A stretch of DNA of 64,000 nucleotides from Octopus sinensis (lineage: Eukaryota). Shown piece after piece: positions 13,469 to 26,167 of the stretch (position 1 is its first letter; every line of letters begins with the position of its first letter). Where the stretch lies: the NCBI RefSeq assembly GCF_006345805.1, contig NC_043009.1:35774001-35838000 (forward strand). Direction: 5' to 3'. The notes under the pieces were generated by a model that had not been told where the DNA came from, did no database searches, and saw only the letters and a list, made by a program, of their open reading frames with translations. The position numbers and the translations under genes are program-made.

Positions 13469-13713
13469 TATATATATATAATTCAAATGACGACGAAAAT
13501 AAACAAACAAACGAAGTTTGCTTTAGAAGCGTTGAGTGTCTTAGAAATCTAATGGGAGTAATTTTTTTTATTCTTAAACGCAGGATAAAGCTAATAAATA
13601 TAGCATAGACTACCCCTATTTTGCAGAAAAAAGTGTTGGCGGCCAGCCACGAGAAACTTGTTTCTCCAAAATAGTGGTAGTTTATCCTGTTCAGGTTATA
13701 TATATATTATATA

Positions 13714-13752
<39 letters not shown>

Positions 13753-14099
13753 AGTTTTATCAATAATAAAATGGAGAGAATTAAGCTATAAATATATTTT
13801 TTTTAATGTTGGTCGTTATGGGACAAAAAAAAGAAGAAGAGAATGAACATTCCATTACAAAAATACATAGAACTACTCTGCTATTGTCAAATAATTTAGA
13901 AGGTAAATCGTGAAAAAGAGAACAATTTCAACAATTTGAAATGATTAATTGTTACTCATAATTATATAGAAGACACTTAGTCGTGCTCAAATGATTCAAA
14001 CTTAGATTCCGATGTCTTAACTATTATATTTAATATATTAAATATATTTAATGTATCTAATCTGTTTTCTCCCGTCCTCTTTCTCTCCCATTCTCCCTC

Positions 14100-14133
<34 letters not shown>

Positions 14134-14539
14134 ACACACACACATACATAGCATATTAGTGATTCCAAAACTTTAAAATACGATGAACGGTTGATCTTGA
14201 TACTTGCGTACTGGACAAATTTTCTTGAACTCTGGCACTACGCATCTCATACAACCACCACCGTGTTTTGTGGGCTTTTCGATGTCAACAGTCTCCCGGA
14301 ACGTTGTTAGTGGGCATTCTGAAGAGTTCCGTCTGCTTCAAACTTATCTTTAATTCCGATGATTGTACGCTGCATTGGCAGATCAGATTGAAGCTCCTTC
14401 CAAAACTATATTTATACTTCGAGTGCATTTTCATTTTCAAAGTTCTCAGAATTGCCTTTCATATTTCTAATGGGTTAAAAAAAATGGAAGTTAAGTGAGA
14501 CAACCGGTTGTCTACGTCCCCATAATTTAGTAGTTCCAT

Positions 14540-14668
14540 CACAGAGACCAACAGGTTAAGTTTCAACCTTAAAAAACAAATAGTACTGGAGATGACACGT
14601 TCGACAAAACTGCATAACGGTGATGTCCCGGTGTGGCCTCAGTCTAACGGCTGAAACAAATAAAAGGT
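14540..14668 (+). mobile_element. old SINE family A-related 3' half
   Basis: Ends in GGTGATGTCCCGGTGTGGCCTCAGTCTAACGGCTGAAACAAATAAAAGG, a diverged family A tail. Confidence 0.55.
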
Positions 14669-15007
14669 AAAATGTGTCTCTTTGTCTGTTTGTCTGTCTG
14701 TCTGTCTGTATGTATGTATGTATATATGTATGTATGTATGTATGCATGCAGGTAGGTAAGTAGGTAGGTAGGTGTTTAGGTATGTGTGTGTAGGTATGTA
14801 TGTATGCAAGTAGGAAGGTAGTTAGATAGGTAAGTAGGTAGGTAGGTTGGAAGGTATGTATGTATATATGAAAATATGCCAAATATTAGTGGAGAATTAT
14901 CGAAAGTGTAGCAACACCATTTGGCAGTGACCCAGCAAGCCCAGAGCCCCAGAGCAGAGACTATTAAAAGAGTAAAATAGAGTAAAGTATGTATGTATGT
15001 ATTTATT

Positions 15008-15040
<33 letters not shown>

Positions 15041-15069
15041 TGGGGAGGGATAAATAGACAGACAAACAG

Positions 15070-15175
<106 letters not shown>

Positions 15176-15184
15176 GTACATGTC

Positions 15185-15400
15185 TACGAGTTGTAGTCGG
15201 GTAGCTTTGAAACTTTTTTCCTAGAGAGATGTCTATTAATTTCTAAGTAGTACAAAACTCTAATCTACTTTAAAGTAACGTATTCTGACTTTAATGCATT
15301 TGTTATAACGCGCCCGCTACTTCGTCAAAAGAACTGCCCCTGAGATCCTCTTTCATGTTGGTGAACAACCAAAAGTCACAGGGAGCAAGGAGTGTGAGGA
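15185..15400 (-). mobile_element. mariner transposase C-terminal relic with right end
   Basis: The minus strand gives LAPCDFWLFTNMKEDLRGSSFD (YSPDLAPxD motif region), and the element ends in ...CTCGTA. Confidence 0.7.
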
Positions 15401-15849
15401 ATAATTTTGATACTCGTATCTCTCAATAGGTTACCGGGATGGAACGATGACAAATATTGCTTTGTAGGGTGTATTCAAATTGTTGTTGAAGACGTCTTCC
15501 TCAATCTGCATTAGAAGACAAATAATAGATGACAGCTCAAGTCATTAGCTGTATAGCAATTATATACAAGAATTACGATCTCCAACTTCTAGAACGTGCC
15601 CAGTATGTTTATGCGTATGTACACACACGCGCGCACATACACACGTACACACTCACACATATGTATACAGATATGTTGTAATTCTAATTTGACATGATTC
15701 TCTTTATATTTCTAAATTTCATTATCTATGTGTGTATAGATAGAATAATAATAATAATAATAATATAAATAATATATATATACATGCATATATATATATG
15801 CATATATATATATATGCATATATATAATATATATAATATATATATATAC

Positions 15850-15908
<59 letters not shown>

Positions 15909-16039
15909 GCATATGTGGATATGTGGGCACAGGACGTCATGAAACGTGTACAAGAAAGAAGTATGAGGACTTTGGCAAAGTTGAAGTAATGAATCGTATT
16001 ATTACTAGTTGAGTTATAAGAGTTATTATTATTATTATT

Positions 16040-16495
16040 ACTAATACCTCTGGGATATTGGATTTTCTCTCGGTATCTAAGGCTGAGTTATAATAAGGTG
16101 CGTGTATATTTAATATATTTTCATTTGCGGATAACTTGGATATTCTAGCCGAGATGTTGTCCCCTAATTATTGATGGTGGATGATTCGATCCAATATTGA
16201 TGTATTTTAGGTTCTCATTAGGTTTATGGAACGGTTCGTTTACACCAGTATCCGAGTCAAAACTAGCATCTAAAAAGTTGACTCTACGGTATTCATTCAT
16301 TATCGTGATGGAGTGTCCATTATTTTTAAAAAACTTAAATAGAGATTTTTGTCCTTTTCGCGCTGTACTTTTCCTACATCTATGTAGGAAGAATAATGCG
16401 TCATCTTTGTATAGACCTCCATTCAATTCAGGAATATATAATTGTATCAGGCATAGGATGTAAATTCCTACAAGGTCAGTTACTTCTGCAGAATC
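16040..16495 (-). mobile_element. Penelope-like element RT fragment
   Basis: DSAEVTDLVGIYIL...GGLYKDDAL...VNFLDASFD...PFHKPNENLKYINIGSNHPPSII, covering the PLE RT core from the LYRDD motif to the thumb. Confidence 0.8.
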
Positions 16496-16879
16496 AAATG
16501 ATCACATAGTTATATTTATTTTTAGAACGATAATAGGGGATTAAATAAGGGTTATCTCCCTTCATTCGCTTTGTATCGGTGTGTAAGTTATGTTTGTTAT
16601 CAATAATTCTTTTACGACTAGAAATCTTATCTACATTATTGAATTTACAATTAGACTGAGTAGAATTAATGTAGAAAATTTTCTCTATATAACCTGCTTT
16701 AATTAAGTTATAGAATTCAGCGTTATCATTGACAATATCAACATTAGCAGATAATTTAGATAATCTAAATGAAATATTCTTAACTAAGTTCTTAGTAATT
16801 GCTCTAGGATGATCACTAAATTTGCTAATGTACTTAAGATTGGTCAACTGTTTACGATATGGGAAGTAAGAGTCTCAAT
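16494..16879 (-). mobile_element. second Penelope-like RT-thumb fragment (different copy)
   Basis: YFPYRKQLTNLKYISKFSDHPRAITKNLVKNISFRLSKLSAN...KAGY is homologous to the end of the neighbouring fragment, so it comes from a separate copy. Confidence 0.75.
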
Positions 16880-17520
16880 CTCAATACCTTACAACAAAGG
16901 CAAGGAATTCTGTCTTCTCTGCAATTCTGAGCTAATTTTCATTATTCTTTTCTAAAAATCCCCTAGTAAACACGGTTATAGAGCTAGCATACATATGTAA
17001 ACATTGGCAAAAACACACCTTTAGTGCATATAAGTAGTCTCTATCATTATATATAATTCAAACTTTAATTTCCTTTATATTTAACATTCACTATTAATAT
17101 CCCTACTCTTTCTATAAGCTACTTATGACGTTATATCATATAACGTTTGTTTAAACAATATTAATAGCGTTCAGTTAATCGCTATACAAATCCATCAATT
17201 TTTTCTAAAATGTCTTATTGACGAGTTTCGATTTTTTCACTTTTCTGAAGAGAAGATTGCATTGTTTATACCATTTATTCTTTTGAATAGTATCAGTGGA
17301 ATTTTCGAAACATGTATCGAAAGTAAAAATATTTGATTTACACCTGCGTTAAGCTCCATTTATTTATTCATATATTATACAAAAAATTCCACGTAATCAC
17401 GAAGTTTCTACCTTTATAAACAAGGAGTTACAACCTCTTTACTTGTGAGATTTTTGCTACCCTGGTAACTATTTATTTATTTTTACCGTGTTAATTGTTA
17501 ACAAGGTAAAAATACACTCA
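16880..17520 (+). mobile_element. Penelope-like endonuclease C-terminus plus 3' terminal repeat
   Basis: IPYNKGKEFCLLCNSELIFII...LVNTVIELAYICKHWQKH* fits the PYxxxxxxCxLCxxE...LN...CxH PLE C-terminal pattern. A UTR with a hammerhead motif follows and ends at (TA)n. Confidence 0.7.
17239..17324 (+). ncRNA. minimal type I hammerhead ribozyme motif (stem III pair mutated)
   Basis: ACTTTT-CTGAAGA-[GAAGATTGCATTG...CAGTGGAATTTTC]-GAAAC-ATGT-ATC-GAAAGT. Stems I and II pair, the loop region is palindromic (ACATGT), and the triplet is AUC. Confidence 0.6.
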
Positions 17521-17548
17521 TCTATTTATATACATATATATATATACA

Positions 17549-17633
<85 letters not shown>

Positions 17634-18044
17634 AAAATAAGTAAAGGTAGAAAATGCTAAAGTAATTTTATCATGAAATACATTTTGTATTGGTTACTAC
17701 CGGTTTCTGACTTTTTGACGTTTACATTTAAGTGTAAAACAAAGGTGGATATTAATGAAAAAATAAAACAATTAAATTGAAGAAAAAATTAGATGTTTTA
17801 TAAATATTTCCATGGTTTTCACTACATCTCTCCCTCTCTCTCTCTCTCGGTCTCTCTTCCTCTCTCTCTCACTCTCTCCCTCATCCTTTGTGTCGTTCGT
17901 ATGATAGGCAGTAACACATCTGAAAAATTGTATTTATGGATGCAAAGAAGTATTTGGTTCTAAAGTTTGATGACTTAAGTATCTGCAGCAGCAGAAGAAG
18001 GAAAAGGCGAAGAAGAGGGGTGGTGATAATAATAATAATAATAA

Positions 18045-18075
<31 letters not shown>

Positions 18076-18254
18076 AAGAAGAAGAAGAGAGTGGTAACAC
18101 CCAGTAGTAAAAGCTGTACGTGGAATGTTTTAAGGTCAAGTGGCCTCAGCCTGACATGCAGCAGTAGGGATTGTTTTAAATAAATTCGTGGCTAGCGATT
18201 GTTCTAAATATATCTATCGTTTTTAATATTTCCGTGGTTATTATTCCCAGATCC

Positions 18255-19005
18255 TTGTAGTAGTGTCATCTGTGGTGGAAGCATTCAAAAGAGGTTTATA
18301 TTTTGCGATAAAATATATTTCTTTGCTAATGCGCTGATTATAGGTTGCATTGTCCCTAAACTTACAGTAGGGAAAATTCTAAAGTTGGGTTATTCTTTAG
18401 TTGCGCAAATGTCGATGTGTTCACTTAATGCTATTTTTCTGTATTCCCGTATTTTAATTTGGGATCTATGTGCTGTCATCCTCTTGCGTAGACTGCTTTT
18501 AGTTTGACCAATGTAATGCTCTCGACACCCTGGGCAAGTTAACACATACATCAGGTATTCTGAAGCACATGTGAAGTTGATTTTTACTGTAAAACGTTGA
18601 CCTTGTCTGAAGGATAACTCCGATCCCTCAATTAGGGTTACGCATATACCACAGTTGAGTCTTCTGCATTCTTTACTGTCGGTATCCATGTTGTTGACGA
18701 GTGTACTTGGGCTTGTGTTAGATTGCTTTTCCTTGACTTGGGCTGTCTTTTGCTCCTTGCGTGCGCTTGGAGCATTTGATTCATTCTATGGTCCCTTTCT
18801 GGTAAAAAAATGTTCTGGAGGATGATGTCGAAGGGCTCATTGTTTAGGAGATTGCGTGTGGATAGGTATAGTAGGGCTTATAGTTGTAATTCATTCTTTG
18901 GTTTGGGATATCTTAATTCGTGGGTGTTGAGTTGTAGGGCATGTTGAAAACCTATATCAGTTAGTGTTGCTGTTGATGAGTATATCCTTTAGCTCATGTA
19001 ATCAT
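18255..19005 (-). mobile_element. Penelope-like (Neptune-type) GIY-YIG endonuclease fragment
   Basis: CRRLNCGIC...FTCASEYLMYVLTCPGCREHYIGQTKSSLRKRMTAHRSQI...SEHIDIC...RISKEIYFIAKYKPLLN shows a Cys-rich linker plus a GIY-YIG domain. Confidence 0.85.
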
Positions 19006-19954
19006 GTAATCATGCGTCCCAGGTGCTAGTATCAGATACTATAATGCAAATCTTTTCGGTCACGTTGAAAGAGATATTCATTATAGTGTGTCTGTGTTGG
19101 CGTAAGTTGAACGGTAGAGTACATATGCATGTGTGTTTGCATGTACATGCATGTATGTGTTGACATATGTAAGTATCTATGTATATATAGATTACAGATG
19201 TATGTATATGCATATGTGTATGCTTGTTGGTATCTAAGTATGCATATATGTGTGTGTGTGCGCGTACATATGTATAAAGATTTATGCCAAAGTAGAATCC
19301 ATTATTAAATGTTCAATAACTGCAGTAAATTTCCAATACCACTTATAATTAATTAGAAATAATGCATACATGTATAGGTACGCACACACAGATACTAACA
19401 ACTAAACACTGATATAACTGGGCAATCACATTTATACGCGTATCACTCACTCACAACACCTACTTTACAACCCCAACGTAGAAATTTTACAGATACATGG
19501 AACCAAAGTAACTACTGGCCTTCTGCTCCATGGTGATAGACATTATAGAAATAGCAAGTTTGGCATTCTGTCTTAATGTCTTGACATTGCATAATACATC
19601 CTGCAACTTTAATTTCTAAGTTAAGATTCGAATAACATTTGCTGAGATATCTTTAATCACATGTCTGTTCAATTTGTCTTGCCTGATATATGTCTAAAGG
19701 AGAACATCAACAACATGGACGCAATCGCACAAATCTCACAAATTTATCCATCCGTACATATAAGACTAGTCACACATGAACACACACAAGTACAGCTAGC
19801 ACCCACCCACTCATTTTTCTGTGCATGTATATATATATATATGTATGTATATATCTATATGTGTGTACATATATATGTGTGTACATATATATGTGTGAGG
19901 GCGTGTGTGTGTGTGAGTACATGTGAGTGTGTGTGTGCAGGTGTGTGTTCGTTT

Positions 19955-20140
19955 GTCTCTGTTTGTTACACACCACCGCTTGACAACCCCGTAACTTAGC
20001 AATCCGAATAAAGTGACTGATAAAATAAGTACTAGGCTTTTAAATAAAAGGTACTAGATTCGATTTGTTCGGTTAAATATTCTTGAAGGTGGCGCTTCAG
20101 CATGGCCGCAGTCTAATGAATGACGCAAGACAAATGAAAG
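19955..20140 (+). mobile_element. SINE family A 3' half
   Basis: CCACCGCTTGACAACC..GTAACTTAGC...AATAAGTACTAGGCTT...GGTGGCGCTTCAGCATGGCCGCAGTC, following a (TG)-rich run. Confidence 0.75.
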
Positions 20141-21621
20141 AAAAAAAGGAGGAAAAACATATTCATAGACATATACGTTATTTACACACACACAGCACGC
20201 ACACACATACACACACACATATACATGTATATATGTGTGTGTGTGTGCGCGCACGTGTAAATGTGTGCGCGTGTGTGTGAAATAAACTGTGGAATAAGGA
20301 AGTAGTCAAAGCAGTCTTCTTTCTCCCGCCAAACAGATTGACTTTTGGTAACAAATTTTGAAGAAGTTTCAATATTCTACCCTTCTTATTTGGTGTTTTC
20401 TGCTGCCACCAAAATACTTTTTATTTTCACTGGAGGTGGAAAAAATTTTAATAAATCAAGATTTTACCTTAGGAGCTATTTAATATGTATCAGAGCACTG
20501 TCCCCTTGTGAAGTGCTGTTGGTAATTTTGTTATTTATCCCCCATATCAGCCTTCATTGAGCAAATCTATGCCTGCTGGCGCCATCCTGTTATCATTTTA
20601 TACAGAAGACATTTCAGCTGAATTTGGTTGCAATTTCTAGTATTTCGAACGGATACATAGAGGCACACTTGTTTACTAGCCATAATGGAAGGTAATAAAA
20701 ACATGTCTTTAGAACGCTTACATAAAGACTGCAGCCAATTGCGATAAAAGCAAATAAATTTACTTGAGCGACTCTCCATCCAAACAGCGTTAACTGACAT
20801 CTCCAACAAATTATTGATACACATTTCCTCCGTCACAAATTAAGTGTCACGACATGTAAGTTAGGTATTTGTTAGATGTGATGAAAATGGAAGTCGATGT
20901 AATAATGCTTAAATCCCAAAAGGAAAACCAAAATTATTTCCGGTTTATATCAAAACCCGCGATTCTTTTACACCATATTGCGCATTCTTTCCGATATTTC
21001 TCAAATCAATCCAAATAACAAATGGAATCCAATTATTCGCAAAGCAGCAGGTGGCTAATGGTTTGGAAAGTCCCAATTTCACAGAAAAAGGATTATATGA
21101 CACCATAAACATTTTCATTATGACTTTCGTCAGAAATTTTCTTTGAACTGTGCTAAAATCCTTTTCAATTTGTCAATTAGCAGATATCTACAGCTGAGAA
21201 CCAACATTACTGCATCTTTTATTTATGGTGACATACACTATTGATTTCTAAGAAAATGATAACAATACACACTTTGATGGAGAGTATAATCTAAAACTAA
21301 ATGGTCCCTTACTCCCACAAGTTCTACGAAATGCCTTGATTACTACTCTTCCTCCAATCCGCGAGCAACTTAAAAATCCTTTACGCTTGGTATTCTTTAT
21401 TCAATTTAAAATTAAAAATTATGTAACTCGAGAATCTGTACCTGGTATTTATTTTATCTACTCTGCAAGTTGATAAAAGCATCGACTTCCCATTTCAGTT
21501 ATGCCTTAAGGAGTCGTAAATCCATTTCCTCAGACATTTTGTTACATGTTTCTTTTATTTCTGCGCCACCCGTCCGGCTTATTTGGTGCCTGACAATATT
21601 GAATATTATTGAAGAATACTT

Positions 21622-21670
<49 letters not shown>

Positions 21671-22661
21671 ATTCTAGTACCCACAATGTAAATTGATATT
21701 GGTACATATGTGTGTGTGTATGTGTGTTTGTGTGTGTGCGTTTGTATGTGTGTGTGCGTGTGCGTATATGTGTATGTATGCATGTATGCACGTACACATG
21801 TATGTACATATGTGTGTATATGTATATTGGGAATAAGTATAATTGGAATCACTGGACAATATTGTTAGCAGAGAGAGAGAGAGAGAAAGAAAGAGAGAGA
21901 GAGAAATAAAGAGAGAGAGAGAGAGAAAGAAAGAGAGAGATAGAGAGTGAAGGAAAGAGAGAGAAAGACAGAGAAGATGGAGTAAGTTTTTAAATTTCAT
22001 ATCCACCACTAATTAAGTGAAATTACAAGGACCAATTTCGCTATCGAACGTGTTTTTTCGTATTAATTCATTTCTAAACTAATACTACCCTCTCTCCACC
22101 CATTCACCCACTTGCACTACTTTCATAGACATGACCAATCACGTTTGTTCAACTAGTATCAACTTCATCTAATCCAAAGGAATTTCGGAAAAAAGCCAAA
22201 ATAAAACAAAAAGAAATAACATACTTAATATCGAATGTTACTGCTTTATCTCCAATTTTCAAACTCATCTCTAGCATCAATTTTAAAGATAGATTTTAAC
22301 ATCTTTCTCATTACTAATGATCTGTTAGGTTTCAATTTTTTTTCGTTTTGATATAATATTTATTTACTTATTTACGTTTTCTGGCGTTTATTTTCTTTTA
22401 TCTATATCTGTATTTTGTTGAGGCAATAATATATGTTAAACAGGCTTTGGGGAAAATTAAGAATCTACTCATATTGTCAGAAATGGCTTCAAGGACATAA
22501 TTGTATAACGTTTTAATGAATAATCCAGAACTCCAAATAAGATTGCACGAATCGGTCTGATATCACAGTAGCGAATGATGATGATCAATAACTGAAAACG
22601 AGACAAGAAACTATAGCATGTGTGTATGTAGTTATAAATTCCAACTCTGGGTTATTATTAC

Positions 22662-22715
<54 letters not shown>

Positions 22716-22831
22716 CCTACATTATATCGGCACAGCTCCGTAAAATCCTGTATCAATAGACTGTGACCGGCATAACGGAATAGTTGCATTTATATGCGTA
22801 CTCAAAAACATTTCTCGTAGACCTGCTTAAA

Positions 22832-22883
<52 letters not shown>

Positions 22884-22936
22884 ATATATATATTATATAT
22901 ATATATACACACATTTATACATATATATATATATTA

Positions 22937-22980
<44 letters not shown>

Positions 22981-23079
22981 TATATATATATATATTACAT
23001 TTATACATATATATATATTACATTTACCAAGTATTCACCCTAAATTTATATATATATAGATAGATAGATAATAATAATA

Positions 23080-23146
<67 letters not shown>

Positions 23147-23303
23147 TAACAATAATGATAATAATAAAATGAGAAGACAGAATGGTGTTATTTCATCGTT
23201 CGACGCCCACAAGGGAGCAGTGCATCTTGAAGATGAGACAATTGTTGTGCTAATATAACTTTTTTGGTACATTCTATCTACTCTTTTTATCTTTAATATA
23301 TAC

Positions 23304-23347
<44 letters not shown>

Positions 23348-23348
23348 T

Positions 23349-23471
<123 letters not shown>

Positions 23472-23557
23472 ACTAATGTAGGATAAAATTGTTTCGAAAA
23501 AATTTTATCAATGGCCAGCATATCAAAAAATACCTTTAAAGGTTAAATTTATAAATA

Positions 23558-23740
23558 ACTTATAAAATAAGGGCAAAAGAAAAATTCTAATGCCAAATAT
23601 GCCGAAAAAAAGACAAAATTGTCAATAACCATTATAATTTATGCGTCTCGAAACGCATAAATTATAATGGTTATTGACAATTTTGTCTTTTTTTCGGCAT
23701 ATTTGGCATTAGAATTTTTCTTTTTCCCTTATTTTATAAG

Positions 23741-23741
<1 letters not shown>
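23558..23741. repeat. 184-bp loop-less palindrome (92-bp arms, 2 mismatches)
   Basis: ACTTATAAAATAAGGG...TTTATGCGTCTC | GAAACGCATAAA...CCCTTATTTTATAAGT, with the axis between 23649 and 23650. Confidence 0.95.
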
Positions 23742-23774
<33 letters not shown>

Positions 23775-23776
<2 letters not shown>

Positions 23777-24140
23777 TTCGTGTTAATATCTGCGTGCAGT
23801 TCGACAAATTATATTTATGACGAATCCTACTGATGATCTGTAGATTTATAACGTAAGTAAAATTGCATAATTTATTAACAGTGAAACAATTGTCTGGGGT
23901 TAATCTATATTTCATTTGTCCTACGTTCATAGTTGTGCTAATTTTTCTTGAGAACAATTCTTAGTTATTGAGACCATTGCGGATCTATTTTTAGCGTAAG
24001 AGCATCGACATAGTGGATTCTCTCTCATATTTGTGTATTAATATTTACTGAATCTCAGTTTTTTATGCGCTAAACCACTTGGTGTCAAATTGATGTTATT
24101 AAATTAATATCCAATTTTTTCACCCTTATTTTGATTTTAT
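23775..24140 (+). mobile_element. Penelope-like terminal repeat (pseudo-LTR) carrying a hammerhead, embedded in (TA)n
   Basis: Contains the hammerhead at 23825-23899, is homologous to 6565-6870, and has (TA)n on both sides. Confidence 0.65.
23825..23899 (+). ncRNA. minimal type I hammerhead ribozyme, catalytic core intact
   Basis: TCCTA-CTGATGA-T-CTGT...ACAG-T-GAAAC-AATT-GTC|TGGGG. Stem I is UCCUA/UGGGG, the core is CUGAUGA plus GAAA, the short stem III has a palindromic AAUU loop, and the GUC cleavage triplet ends at 23894. Confidence 0.75.
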
Positions 24141-24156
24141 ATATATATATATAATA

Positions 24157-24207
<51 letters not shown>

Positions 24208-24252
24208 ATACTATATATATATTATATTTTATATATATATTATATATATATA

Positions 24253-24291
<39 letters not shown>

Positions 24292-24334
24292 AGATGTATG
24301 TATACTATGTATGTATACTCACGAGTGAATTTTA

Positions 24335-24553
24335 GGATAGTTGAAATATGCTTACAACATTTCAACTGCTAAAAGGTAAATTCACTGCAGTTACCGTGAT
24401 GGAAATTTCCTTCTATGATAAAAAGTTGTAAAAACGCCAGATATGGTGTCTTGATAACGTTTTACAATAAGTGCAAAATTTCCTCTCGGCGGTAAATGCA
24501 GTGCCTTTACACCTACGAGTTGAGATATGTTACGGATATATTTTAACTATGCC
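24335..24553. mobile_element. fold-back MITE-like element
   Basis: Imperfect inverted repeat along its whole length: ATAGTTGAAATAT/ATATTTTAACTAT, CACTGCA.TTACCG/CGGTAAATGCAGTG, GGAAATTT/AAATTTCC, centre ACGCCA-GATA-TGGTGT. TA lies on both flanks. Confidence 0.65.
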
Positions 24554-24652
24554 TAATCCTGCCAGGCGCTGATACTGCTGATATAGTCTCTAACATATAA
24601 CACATACATGATACATAGACATACATAGATTAATATGTGTATAATGAAGGTG

Positions 24653-24700
24653 AACGATAGCACACGTACTGATGTTTCAACGATAGCACACGTACTGATG
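24653..24700. repeat. exact 22-bp direct duplication (26-bp period)
   Basis: AACGATAGCACACGTACTGATG occurs at 24653 and 24679. Confidence 0.9.
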
Positions 24701-25805
24701 AATGCCTGTGACTTTAGATATGACTGACCTTGGAGTATCTTCAAAACATCTGGCAGTGACTTATTTCCTAGTCAAGGATTATGTCCCTTTTTAGCGCATG
24801 CCTAAGACCATCCGTCTCCCTGAGTAAAAACTTCGACCAGGAAGAAAGAGCTTCAAGAACATTTTGCATGTACACTATGCTTCTCATGAGGAATCAAAAA
24901 TATCTCCTGCCTTTAATGACTATTGCTACCGTGCAACCAGTACGTATCGGATGCTAAATTTTGGGGAATATCATCACAGTAACAGAGTACCAAGGTCATT
25001 CGACTATATTGATGTTGTTCACAGAAACACGCGATATCAAATTCAGAGATTGTATGTGCGCGTGTGTGTGTGTTTCTGTACATACGCGTGCCATGCTTAT
25101 ATACGCGTATGTCGTGTCATGTGGGTACCAAGTGTATATTTGACGTGTTACAGAAAAAAGTGAATATATTTGAAAAATGAAAATAAGTTTTTTCCCTCCT
25201 TTGGAACTATTGCGAAGTGATATGTGACACACGCAGAGATGATCGATGGATTGATCCGCGGAACGGAAATGGTGATCAACTGGAAGTGTTGAGTCAATTG
25301 AGGAGGAGGTTGATGCTGAAGGATAAGGAATAGGTGTGACAGTGGGGACAGGAGGAAGGAAGTGGATCAGACATGCGCCTTTAAACCTGAGAAAGTAATG
25401 AGGAAATTCACAGAATCACACTTGGGGTTTCGGCATGCGCTGGAAAGGGTTATGGAGGTAGTAGATGAAAGGGAAAGGAAGGCAGTTTTAGGTAAAGTGG
25501 AAGGGAGTATAGTGGCGGCACTGTCGACTTCAGGGGCATGGATGAAGTCGGTTCGGACTAGATGTGGGTTTACGTGTTAAATAAAGTATTGAAAAAGACT
25601 TGAGATTATCTCCGAATCATAGCTTCGTCCACGAGGACGGTAGAGGCGAGGAAATTGTAAGTAGCGGGTAAAGTCTCTGGTGTGGAAGCACAGGAAGAGA
25701 GATACTCAAGAGTTTCAGTGTGGGTTTGTAGATTTGTAAAAGACAGAGTTGGCGGATTTTGCTAAAGCTAATGAGGAGATAAACTGCAGTATATACGTGT
25801 GTGTT

Positions 25806-25889
<84 letters not shown>

Positions 25890-26134
25890 TATAGATAGAT
25901 AGATAAAACTGTACATATGCATATTATATATATAAAGAGACTTGTATGTAGATGAATACAAATGTATGTCCGTGTATGTACATCTTTGTGTATGCGCGCA
26001 AGCGTACTATGTGGAATAGCGGAACAAAACCAAATATACATTTTCATTTCAGCGTTTACATACTTTGTCCGTGTTCCTATAAGCGGCTTTTTGTATTCTC
26101 TCTCCTTCTCTCTTTCTCTCTTTCCCTCTCTCTT

Positions 26135-26167
<33 letters not shown>

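Noticed and set aside
25240-25780. More GC-rich purine-skewed block, possibly an old LINE on the minus strand (likewise 48700-49090)
   Set aside because: I could not read a convincing RT or endonuclease motif.
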